Source: Candidatus Brocadiia bacterium
GTDB taxonomy: Bacteria > Planctomycetota > Brocadiia > CAIUPP01
DNA: 64,000 nucleotides
Reading direction: 5' to 3'
NCBI GenBank assembly: GCA_050015075.1
Contig: JBEKCB010000016.1
Coordinates: forward strand, 34,939 to 98,938
The position numbers and the translations under genes were made by a program. The notes below the pieces were generated by a model. That model did no database searches and was not told the origin of the DNA. It saw only the letters and a list, made by a program, of their open reading frames with translations. This document shows positions 34,936 through 43,365 of this stretch, piece after piece; the stretch's first letter is position 1; each line of letters begins with the position of its first letter.

Positions 34936-35646
34936 ATGAGCAGTTCCAGCCAGGCGATTGCCGGAGCCATGGAGACGCAAATCATGGCCCAGGATGTCTC
35001 CGCGCGGAACATCGCCAACGTCCTCACGCCGGGCTTCAAGCGGAACATCGCGCTCGTCGAAGCCATGGACAAGGGCGGCGGCAAATCGGGCGTCACTACG
35101 CCGACGGTCACCGGCATCGGGCTGGACCTGTCGCAGGGCCCGCTCCAGCCGACCGGCAACGACATGAACTTCGGCCTCGACGGCGAAGGCTTCTTCGCGA
35201 TCGAGACTCCGGAAGGCACCCTCTACACGCGCAACGGGACGTTCCGCCTCAGCGAGAACGGGGTCCTGGTCACGCAGGACGGCAGCGCGGTGCTCGGAGA
35301 GAGCGGCCAGATTCAGGTCCCGGCGGGCACGACCAAGCTCACGGTCGGCTCGGATGGCCAGCTTCACACCGACTCGACGACCATCGGGAAATTGAAACTC
35401 GTCGCGTTCGACAAGCCCGGCATGCTCCAGCAGGCCGGGAACAGCAATTATGTCGGCGATGCGGCCGGTCCGAAACAGGCGGCCGACTGCTCCGTTCATC
35501 AAGGCTGTCTCGAAGCGTCGAACGTGGATCCCATGACGGAACTGGTCCAGATGATGTCCACGTTCCGCGACTACCAGGCGTGTGCGCGCAGTCTTCACTC
35601 CATCGAGGACTCGGCGAACAAGCTGTACGCCTGGGCGCGCAGTTGA
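34936..35646 (+). CDS. flgF: Rod protein FlgF
   Basis: NIANVLTPGFK, YTRNGTF, LEASNVDP; upstream of flgG. Confidence 0.92.
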   Translation: MSSSSQAIAGAMETQIMAQDVSARNIANVLTPGFKRNIALVEAMDKGGGKSGVTTPTVTGIGLDLSQGPLQPTGNDMNFGLDGEGFFAIETPEGTLYTRNGTFRLSENGVLVTQDGSAVLGESGQIQVPAGTTKLTVGSDGQLHTDSTTIGKLKLVAFDKPGMLQQAGNSNYVGDAAGPKQAADCSVHQGCLEASNVDPMTELVQMMSTFRDYQACARSLHSIEDSANKLYAWARS

Positions 35647-35685
35647 GGACGGCGAACTCAGAGTTTGTTTTTAGGAGTCAGGCCG

Positions 35686-36474
35686 ATGATGAAAGCGCTT
35701 TTTACGGCTGCGACCGGCATGAAGTGCCAGCAGTCCTACATTGACGTGGTGGCCAACAACCTGGCGAACGTGAACACCACCGGGTTCAAGGGCAGCGAGT
35801 TGAACTTCCAGGACATGCTCTACGAGCATCAAGTCCTTCCCGGCACCGAGGCGACGCAGAACAACGAGGTCCCGACCGGCCTGGACGTCGGCTCCGGCGC
35901 GCGGATCGTCTCCTCCACGCGCGACTTTGCGCAGGGCAGCCTCAACCAGACCACCGGCAACCTGGACATGGCCATTCAGGGCCTGGGCTTCTTCCGAGTC
36001 ACGATGCCCGACGGCACGCTGGCCTACACCCGCGACGGCTCGTTCGGCCTCGACGGCAACGGGCGCCTGGTCACTGCCAGCGGACTTCCGATCGCGGACA
36101 ACATCAGCATCCCGAGCAATGCGACTTCAGTCACCGTATCCTCGGCCGGACAGGTCTACATCAACACGCCCGGTTCCACCCAGCAGACGCTCGCCGGCAC
36201 GCTCACCCTGGCCGGCTTCGCAAACCCGCCAGGCCTGAACAGCCTGGGCGGCAACCTTTACGCCCAAACGGTGGCCTCCGGCACTGCCACGATCGGGAAT
36301 CCCGGCCTGAACGGCGTCGGCACGATCCAGCAGGGATACCTCGAAGGGTCCAACGTGGACGTAGTCACCGAACTCGTGCGCCTCATCACGGCGCAGCGGG
36401 CCTATGAGATCAACTCCAAGGCCATCACCACCGCCGATAAGATGCTGCAGGAATCGAACGCTCTCGTTCAGTAG
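35686..36474 (+). CDS. flgG: Distal rod protein FlgG
   Basis: ANNLANVNTTGFK, FQDMLY, LEGSNVDVV, AQRAYEINSK. Confidence 0.97.
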   Translation: MMKALFTAATGMKCQQSYIDVVANNLANVNTTGFKGSELNFQDMLYEHQVLPGTEATQNNEVPTGLDVGSGARIVSSTRDFAQGSLNQTTGNLDMAIQGLGFFRVTMPDGTLAYTRDGSFGLDGNGRLVTASGLPIADNISIPSNATSVTVSSAGQVYINTPGSTQQTLAGTLTLAGFANPPGLNSLGGNLYAQTVASGTATIGNPGLNGVGTIQQGYLEGSNVDVVTELVRLITAQRAYEINSKAITTADKMLQESNALVQ

Positions 36475-36483
36475 GAGGCTGCC

Positions 36484-37494
36484 ATGTTTTCCAACACAGG
36501 GGCGCAAGCGCGCCCGGGCCGGATCCTCAGGGCCGCCGGAATACTCCTGGCGGCAGTCGCGGTCCGTGTTTCCTGCGCGGCGGAGCCGGTCCAGATCGAA
36601 CTGAAAGAGGCCGCCGTGCTGCAGACCGCCGAAATCCGCCTGCGCCAGGTCGCGGATGTGTCCGGCGATGCCGCGCTCGCGGACGATATCGGCAACGTAT
36701 CGCTGGGCTCAACGCCCTGGCCCGGGAATTCGCGCTCCGTGACGAAGGAGCAGGTTGCCAGGCACCTCATCAGCGCGGGCTTCGATGTCAAGGGGTTCCA
36801 GTGGCGCGGCGCGGCCGCGTGCCTGGTGACGCTTCTGACGACGAAGGTCACCGGCGAACAGATCGTGCAGGCCGCGCGGGAATACCTGGCCTCGCTGCCG
36901 ATGCTGCAACGCGATGACACGCGCATCGAGGTGGAGCAGACGCCGCGCGACTGCGTCGTCGCGGGCAGCGCGGAGAAAGTCAGCCTTTCCGCGTTCGCGG
37001 CCTCCGCGGACCGCCCGTGGGGACGCCTGCGCATTTTCGTCAAGGTCAAGGTGGACGACAAGGTGCTCGCGACGATCCCGCTGATGTTCATGGTCACCAC
37101 CAATCAGAAAATCCTCGTGACGGCGCGGCCGATCAACCGCGGAGATGTGATTGACCGGAGCTGCCTGGACACGCGCGAGATCGTCCTGGGTCCGGACAGC
37201 CCGCCGCAAACCTACCTGGACCCCGTGCCCGAATCGGCGATCGGCAAAGTGGCCGTGCGCTCGATTCCCGCCGGCGCGGCGCTGGAGTCCTCCATGGTCG
37301 CCGAACCGCTGGCGATCCGGCGCGGCGAAGACGTCACGCTCAGCCTGAAGTCCGAACACATGGAAGTCGTCACCAAAGGCATCGCCCAAAAAGACGGCTA
37401 CGTGGGCGACCTGATTCCCGTGAAGGTCTTCGTTTCCGGCAAGGACCTGACGTGCAAGGTCGTCGCGAACGGCACGGTGGAATTGCCGCTTTGA
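36484..37494 (+). CDS. flgA: P-ring chaperone FlgA (long form)
   Basis: Signal peptide; SAF-like VTARPINRGDVI, IRRGEDV...GIAQKDGYVGDLI. Confidence 0.9.
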   Translation: MFSNTGAQARPGRILRAAGILLAAVAVRVSCAAEPVQIELKEAAVLQTAEIRLRQVADVSGDAALADDIGNVSLGSTPWPGNSRSVTKEQVARHLISAGFDVKGFQWRGAAACLVTLLTTKVTGEQIVQAAREYLASLPMLQRDDTRIEVEQTPRDCVVAGSAEKVSLSAFAASADRPWGRLRIFVKVKVDDKVLATIPLMFMVTTNQKILVTARPINRGDVIDRSCLDTREIVLGPDSPPQTYLDPVPESAIGKVAVRSIPAGAALESSMVAEPLAIRRGEDVTLSLKSEHMEVVTKGIAQKDGYVGDLIPVKVFVSGKDLTCKVVANGTVELPL

Positions 37495-37508
37495 TAAGGA
37501 GTTGGAAC

Positions 37509-38135
37509 ATGAGACGCCATGGAAGTTTATGGATTGCATGCCTTGCGCTGGCTTGCGCGCCGGTGGTCAGCCAGGCCGATAGCGTCTGGTCTGAACGGAG
37601 CGCCTGTCTCATCTCGGACAACAAAGCGTTCCGCCTGGGCGACGTGGTCACCATCAGCGTGCAGGAAGATGACACGGTCAGCCATTCCGTCGCGAACTCC
37701 CTGTCGAAAGTCACCTCGACGCAGGGCTCGGTTAGCGCGGTTGACGTGCCGTCCCTCGTTTCCGGGAACGTCGCTTCGATTTTCAAGGGCACGCTTACGC
37801 CTCAAGTGCAGTACGGTTCAACCAGGACTCTCGACGGCAAAGGGAGCTACAACCTGCAAGGCTCGATGACGACGCAAATCACGGCGGTGGTCATGGAAGT
37901 GTTGCCCAACGGCAACCTGGTGATTGAAGGCTCGCGCCTGAAGAAGTCCGTGGATGAAAGAGTCCTGATCCGCATTTCCGGCATCGTCCGGCCCGAGGAC
38001 ATCAGCAACACCAATATCGTGCTCTCGACCGCCGTGGCCGAAGCCAAGATCGTGTACGAGTCGGACGGCCCCATTGCGAATTCCAACCGCTGGGGCTGGT
38101 TCGAACGGTTTGTAGACCATATATGGCCGTTCTAA
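37509..38135 (+). CDS. flgH: L-ring protein FlgH
   Basis: DNKAFRLGDVVTI, VLPNGNLVIEG, SGIVRPEDI, C-terminal WPF. Confidence 0.96.
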   Translation: MRRHGSLWIACLALACAPVVSQADSVWSERSACLISDNKAFRLGDVVTISVQEDDTVSHSVANSLSKVTSTQGSVSAVDVPSLVSGNVASIFKGTLTPQVQYGSTRTLDGKGSYNLQGSMTTQITAVVMEVLPNGNLVIEGSRLKKSVDERVLIRISGIVRPEDISNTNIVLSTAVAEAKIVYESDGPIANSNRWGWFERFVDHIWPF

Positions 38136-39275
38136 ATGGAAGGCACATTGATGAAATGGTTGAGTCATAACCGTCGGCTGTCCGCGTTCGCAGCGGCGAT
38201 CCTCATCCTGTCAGCCGGCGCGGGCGCGGCGGATGCGGCCGTCTCCCTTCGCCTGAAGGACTTCGCGCATATCAAGGAAGTCCGGTCCAACCAGCTTTAC
38301 GGCATCGGGCTGGTGGGCGGACTGGCCGGCACCGGCGACAGCGAGATGCTGGCCGACCAGTTGGTGACGAACATGCTCCAGCGGCTGCACGTCACCATGG
38401 TCAGCACGAACGTCACCTCCAAGAACGTGGCGGCGGTGATCGTGACCGCCGAAGCGCCGCCGTTCATTATGGAAGGGTCGAAGTTCGACGTGACGGTCTC
38501 GTGCCTCGGCTCGGCGACCTCGCTCGTGGGCGGCATCCTGCTGCAGACGCCGCTCCAGGGCGCCGACGGCCAGGTCTACGGCACGGCCCAGGGGCCGCTG
38601 CTGATCGGCGGCTTTGCCTCGGCGGGCGCGGCGGCCTCGGTGAGCAAAAATCACCCCACCGTCGGCCGGATCCCCGACGGCGCGATCCTCGAGAAACGCA
38701 TTGCCACCGTGCTTCGGCCGACCGACGACCTGCAGATCGTCCTGAATGCGCCCGACTACGTCACCGCGGTCCGCGCCGCCCAGAGCATCTGCGCCGCATT
38801 TCCCGGTTCGGCCACGCCGGTGGATGCCGCGGTGATCCATGTGTGCGTGCCGCAGGAGTACCGGTCCGCCGAGAAGCTCGCCGAGTTCGTGGCCAAGGTC
38901 GAGGAGGTCAGAGTCACGCCCGATTCCCCGGGCCGCGTCGTGGTGAACGAGCGGACCGGCACCATCGTCGCCGGAGAAAACGTCCGGCTCAGCGCCGCGG
39001 CGATCTCGCACGGCAACCTTACGATCTCGATCAAGGAGACCACGAACACCAGCCAGCCCAACCCCGGCGCCTCGGGCGAGACGCGGACGGAGAAGTCCAC
39101 CGAGATCAGCGCCCATGAGCCGAAGGCGGGCATCTACGTCCTTGACGATTCCGCCACGCTCGCGGACGTGGCGCGCGCCCTGAACCTGCTGGGCGTTACG
39201 CCGCGCGACATGGTGTCCATCTTCCAGGCGCTGAAAGAAGCCGGCGCCTTGCAGTGTGAACTGACGGTTATTTGA
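38136..39275 (+). CDS. flgI: P-ring protein FlgI (start 38136 or 38151)
   Basis: RLKD, NQLYGIGLVGGLAGTGD, VVVNERTGTIV, ALKEAGAL. Confidence 0.97.
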   Translation: MEGTLMKWLSHNRRLSAFAAAILILSAGAGAADAAVSLRLKDFAHIKEVRSNQLYGIGLVGGLAGTGDSEMLADQLVTNMLQRLHVTMVSTNVTSKNVAAVIVTAEAPPFIMEGSKFDVTVSCLGSATSLVGGILLQTPLQGADGQVYGTAQGPLLIGGFASAGAAASVSKNHPTVGRIPDGAILEKRIATVLRPTDDLQIVLNAPDYVTAVRAAQSICAAFPGSATPVDAAVIHVCVPQEYRSAEKLAEFVAKVEEVRVTPDSPGRVVVNERTGTIVAGENVRLSAAAISHGNLTISIKETTNTSQPNPGASGETRTEKSTEISAHEPKAGIYVLDDSATLADVARALNLLGVTPRDMVSIFQALKEAGALQCELTVI

Positions 39276-39287
39276 TCCACGGCGAGG

Positions 39288-39668
39288 ATGATCCGCATGG
39301 GACAAGTCAATTCCGTCACGACCGGCAATGCCGCGGCCGCCGCGCCGACCGGCCCGGCGAAGCCGCGCGATCCCAGGCTGTGGAAGGCGGCCGGCGATTT
39401 CCAGGAAGTCATGCTCTCCCAGTTCACGCAGACCATGCGCGCCACCGAGAGCGACTCCGAGCTGTTTGAAGAGTGTCCGGGCCGCGAGACCTTCGACCAG
39501 ATGCTCAGCAACGCCATCGCCCACGAGATGTCGAAATCCGGCGCGATGGGCCTGAACAAGCTGATCTACCGCGCCATGGGCGGGACTTATGAGAAGAGCC
39601 CCGCGGCGGCGAGTCCGGCCGGGAGCAAACCGAAGCCGGCATCCATCCACCCTGAAACGGCTGAGTGA
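39288..39668 (+). CDS. flgJ: FlgJ rod-binding domain only (no muramidase domain)
   Basis: LWKAAGDFQEVML...MR...FDQML...MGLNKLIY; downstream of flgI. Confidence 0.85.
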   Translation: MIRMGQVNSVTTGNAAAAAPTGPAKPRDPRLWKAAGDFQEVMLSQFTQTMRATESDSELFEECPGRETFDQMLSNAIAHEMSKSGAMGLNKLIYRAMGGTYEKSPAAASPAGSKPKPASIHPETAE

Positions 39669-40195
39669 GAAAAATGCCCGACAACCCGCTGGAGCGCCTG
39701 CTCATCAACCTTCAGACCGCGCGCAAGGTGTACGAGCGCCTGCTCGAACTGGCCGAGAGGAAGCGGCTGCACATCGTTCACAACGACCTCGAGGCGCTGC
39801 GGAAAGACATCGAGTCCGAGCAACGCCTGGCCGCCGCGGGCGCCAGCCTCAACACCGAACGCGAACTCCTGCACCGCGACTGCTGCGCGGCGCTGCGCGT
39901 CAAAGCGCCGGCCAAGGCGCCCCAGGGCGCGGCGGCCAAACTCGAGGACCTGTGCGCGGCCATGCCCAGGGAAATGGCCCAGCGTTTTTCGCGCGAGCGC
40001 GCCGCGTTGTGCCGCACGCTGGAGCAGCTCCTCCGCGCCAACCGCGCCAACGCCTTCCTCGTCAACAACTCGCTCGACCTGATGCAGGGCCTGCTGAACG
40101 CCCTGTTCGGCGGCGAGAAGATCTGCGCTTACGGACCCAGAGGCGCCCGCAGCCGGACCGAATATTCCGTGCGCGCTCTGGATACCCAGGCATAG
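39665..40195 (+). CDS. flgN: Export chaperone FlgN
   Basis: YERLLELAERK, helical, ANRANAFLV; upstream of flgK. Confidence 0.85.
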   Translation: MRKMPDNPLERLLINLQTARKVYERLLELAERKRLHIVHNDLEALRKDIESEQRLAAAGASLNTERELLHRDCCAALRVKAPAKAPQGAAAKLEDLCAAMPREMAQRFSRERAALCRTLEQLLRANRANAFLVNNSLDLMQGLLNALFGGEKICAYGPRGARSRTEYSVRALDTQA

Positions 40196-40205
40196 GGAGA
40201 AGACT

Positions 40206-41894
40206 ATGGCGGACGCGAGTATGAGCATCGGCCTCAGCGGCATCCTGGCCGCGCAGACGGCCCTGACCGTCTCGGGCGAGAACATTACCAATTCCACGAC
40301 GCCCGGTTACGCCCGCCGCCAGGTGCAGCTTGCCGAAAACGCCCCGACCGGCCCGGAGGCCAACACGGAGACCGGCGTGAACGCCGACACCATCGTGCGC
40401 GACCGGGACATGTACCTCGAAGGCCAGCTGCAAAACTATAACGCCGGGCTATCCTCCGCCACGACGCTTAGCCAGTACCTGAACCAAATCCAGTCCCTGC
40501 TCCAGGAACCCAGCAGCACCAGCGACGGGATCAGCACGCAGCTCGACACCTTCTTCAACGATTGGCAAGCCGTCGCCGCCAACCCGACCGACTCCGCGAC
40601 CCGCAGCGCGCTTCTCAACGCGGCGCAACAGCTTGCGCAGAGCCTGCAGGATCTGGAGAACGGACTCGTGAGCGTCCAGAGTTCCGTTGATCAGAACCTC
40701 TCAGGCGCGATCACCCAGGTAAATCAACTGACCGCCGAACTGGCGCAGAACAACCAGCTCACATCGAACGCCACGAGCAACGGGAGCGCTCCCCTGTCGC
40801 TGGAGGACCAGCGCGACTCGCTGATGGCGCAGTTGGCCCAGCTTACGGGCGCCGTCAATACGAGCCCGCAGCAGTCCACCGCCTCGGTGCAGGTCGGCGG
40901 CGCGACGCTCGTATCGGGGTCCACCAGCCTCACGCTGAACGCGCCTGCGAGTCCTGGCGGCTCCGTGACCGCAGGTGACGGAAACCAGGCCGGTCCCGTC
41001 TCCATCACCGGCGGCACGATCGGCGCGTTGCTTCAGCTCAGCCAGACAACCATCCCCGGCTATCTCCAGGAACTCAACAGCTTCACCGCGGGCCTCATCA
41101 GCATGGTCAACGAGCAGCACGCCGAGGGCATCAGCGAGAATGGGCCCTCCACCTCTGTGACCGCCACGAATTCGGTCAGCGACGCGAACGCGATGCTGGC
41201 GGAGGCGGGGCTTTCGGCGACGCCTACCCAGGGCCAGCTCACGATCAACGTCGTGGACAACGCGACCGGCGCGCAGACGCCCGTCACGATCTCCGTCAAT
41301 CCTTCGTCCGAGAGCCTGAACGATCTCGCGACGGCTATCAACAACGCGGGTGGAGGCAATCTCACCGCCACGGTCAGCGACGGGGATCTCTCGATCTCCG
41401 CTGCCGGCGGCTACAGCTTCGACTTTGCCGCGAACCAGGGGACGAACATCCTGGCTTCCCTGGGAATCAACCCGTTCTTCCAGGGGACGAACGCCTCGAA
41501 CATCCAGCTTGCCGACGCGCTCGTGAACAACCCGGCGGCCATCGCGGCGGGCCAGAGCGCCGACTCGGGCGACGGCTCCAACGCCATGGCGATCTCCAAT
41601 CTGGAGAATGCCGCGTCCGCGGCGTTCGGCGGAAGCAGCCTGGCGGGGTACTGGCAGACGGTCGTCAGCGGCATCGGCAGCGACGCGGAGAACGCCACCG
41701 AGACGCAAACGAGCGCGCAGAACATGGTGGACACCGTGAACACGCAGGAGCAGGCGATCTCCGGCGTCTCCCTGGACGAGGAAGCGGCCAATATCCTGCA
41801 GTACCAGCAGGTGTACACCGACTGCGCCCACTACATGGCCACGGTCGGCCAGTTGTCGCAGACACTCCTTTCATATATTAGCGGAGTCGCCTGA
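40206..41894 (+). CDS. flgK: Hook-associated protein FlgK
   Basis: NITNSTTPGYARRQ, LEDQRD, SGVSLDEEAANILQYQQ. Confidence 0.97.
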   Translation: MADASMSIGLSGILAAQTALTVSGENITNSTTPGYARRQVQLAENAPTGPEANTETGVNADTIVRDRDMYLEGQLQNYNAGLSSATTLSQYLNQIQSLLQEPSSTSDGISTQLDTFFNDWQAVAANPTDSATRSALLNAAQQLAQSLQDLENGLVSVQSSVDQNLSGAITQVNQLTAELAQNNQLTSNATSNGSAPLSLEDQRDSLMAQLAQLTGAVNTSPQQSTASVQVGGATLVSGSTSLTLNAPASPGGSVTAGDGNQAGPVSITGGTIGALLQLSQTTIPGYLQELNSFTAGLISMVNEQHAEGISENGPSTSVTATNSVSDANAMLAEAGLSATPTQGQLTINVVDNATGAQTPVTISVNPSSESLNDLATAINNAGGGNLTATVSDGDLSISAAGGYSFDFAANQGTNILASLGINPFFQGTNASNIQLADALVNNPAAIAAGQSADSGDGSNAMAISNLENAASAAFGGSSLAGYWQTVVSGIGSDAENATETQTSAQNMVDTVNTQEQAISGVSLDEEAANILQYQQVYTDCAHYMATVGQLSQTLLSYISGVA

Positions 41895-42811
41895 TGAGAA
41901 TAACTGAACAGACACGCGGGGCGTTGCTCTTGCAGGGACTTGACCAGACGATGTCCACGCTGAACACGCTCAATCAGCAGCTCGCGACCGGGATGAAGGT
42001 CAACCAGCCCTCGGACGATCCCGTCGCCACCGCTGCGATCATGCGCACGAACACCTACATCGCCGACCTCAACGAGAACGTCTCCGTCATCAACGCCGCG
42101 CAATCCGTCTCCGAGGCGGCCAGCGCCGCGATGGACAACAGCGCCAGCGTCCTCTCGGACGTGCAGACCGCGGCCACGGCGGGGGCCAACGGCACGAACT
42201 CCGCCGCGCAGCTTCAGGCCTTGGGCACCCAGGTGAACCAGGACCTGGAGTCCCTAGTCCAGGACGCCAACACGCAGTTCGAGGGCGGCTACGTGTTCTC
42301 GGGAACCAAGACCAGCACGGCGCCCATCGCGGTGACGCGCGACGCCCAGGGCGACATCCAGAATATCACCTACGAGGGTTCGAACACCCAGGTCACGTAT
42401 CCCGTGAGCCAGAACCGCTCGGCGACCGCGAGCGTGACCGCCCAGGCGGCCTACATGAATGTGCTGACCGCGGTGAAGCAGCTCCGCGACGACTTGAACA
42501 ACACGCAGGGACTCAGCAGCCAGGCGCAGCAGACGGCGTTGAGCAACGACCTCGGCGCGATCACCAACGCCCAGAGCTCCTTCACGACGCAGACCGCCGA
42601 AGTCGGCTCGTACCAGTCCCTGCTCACGTCCCTCAGTACCCAGATGCAGACGTCTCTGACCAATGCCCAGGCCACTCTCTCCGGCTACCAGGACGTGAAC
42701 ACCGCCCAAATAAGCGTTGAGTTGCAGTCCGCGCAGACGGCGTACCAGGCGCTGGTGAGTTCCGGCGCCAGCCAGATGCAGCAACCCGATCTCTTCAGCT
42801 ATCTGACGTGA
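41894..42811 (+). CDS. flgL: Hook-associated protein FlgL
   Basis: MRIT, QLATGMKVNQPSDDPV, GYVFSG, DLFSYL. Confidence 0.96.
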   Translation: MRITEQTRGALLLQGLDQTMSTLNTLNQQLATGMKVNQPSDDPVATAAIMRTNTYIADLNENVSVINAAQSVSEAASAAMDNSASVLSDVQTAATAGANGTNSAAQLQALGTQVNQDLESLVQDANTQFEGGYVFSGTKTSTAPIAVTRDAQGDIQNITYEGSNTQVTYPVSQNRSATASVTAQAAYMNVLTAVKQLRDDLNNTQGLSSQAQQTALSNDLGAITNAQSSFTTQTAEVGSYQSLLTSLSTQMQTSLTNAQATLSGYQDVNTAQISVELQSAQTAYQALVSSGASQMQQPDLFSYLT

Positions 42812-42882
42812 GCGCGAAGACGCAAGGCCGCAAAACAGGCTTACACCGCCTTCGCGGCCCGTTTTGAACGAAAGGAAAACCC

Positions 42883-43365
42883 GTGCGCTACAGAACCCGT
42901 CAATTGGGCGTCATGGAGGTGGCAAAGGACAAGGTCCTGTGCTTCGTCGCGCCGCTGCTCGGCTTCGAGTCGTTCCGCAAATATGCCCTGCTCCCCGTCA
43001 CGGGCGCGAGGCCGTTCTTCTCCCTGCAGAGCCTGGAGGAGCCGCAGTTGGCGTTCCCCGTGCTCCGCGCGGACGAACTGGCGATCGAGTATCCGCTGTC
43101 GCCCGACGACCTGCGGCGCGTCGCCGCGGCGTCGAGGGACCAGACCACCTGCTGGGTCGTCGTCGCCCTGCCGACCGACGGGACGCCGCTTCGGCCGAAC
43201 TTGCGCGCCCCGGTGGTCGTCAACGAGAAGAAGCAGCTCGCGGCACAGATCGTCATCAGCGACGAGTGCCCCATCGGCCGCATGGTGAACGTCGCCGCCG
43301 TCCCGGCCTCGCAGCGCCGCGCTGCCGCCGCTTCCACAGCGTCAGTGAGGAGTGCCCTCGCATGA
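42883..43365 (+). CDS. fliW: Flagellar assembly factor FliW
   Basis: LLGFE, LQSLEEPQLAF, NLRAPVVVN, AAQIV. Confidence 0.92.
   Translation: MRYRTRQLGVMEVAKDKVLCFVAPLLGFESFRKYALLPVTGARPFFSLQSLEEPQLAFPVLRADELAIEYPLSPDDLRRVAAASRDQTTCWVVVALPTDGTPLRPNLRAPVVVNEKKQLAAQIVISDECPIGRMVNVAAVPASQRRAAAASTASVRSALA

Noticed and set aside
42864-43361. 1104-aa version of the radical SAM fusion
   Set aside because: The first 166 codons overlap fliW out of frame. The real start is MKIALINP at 43362.
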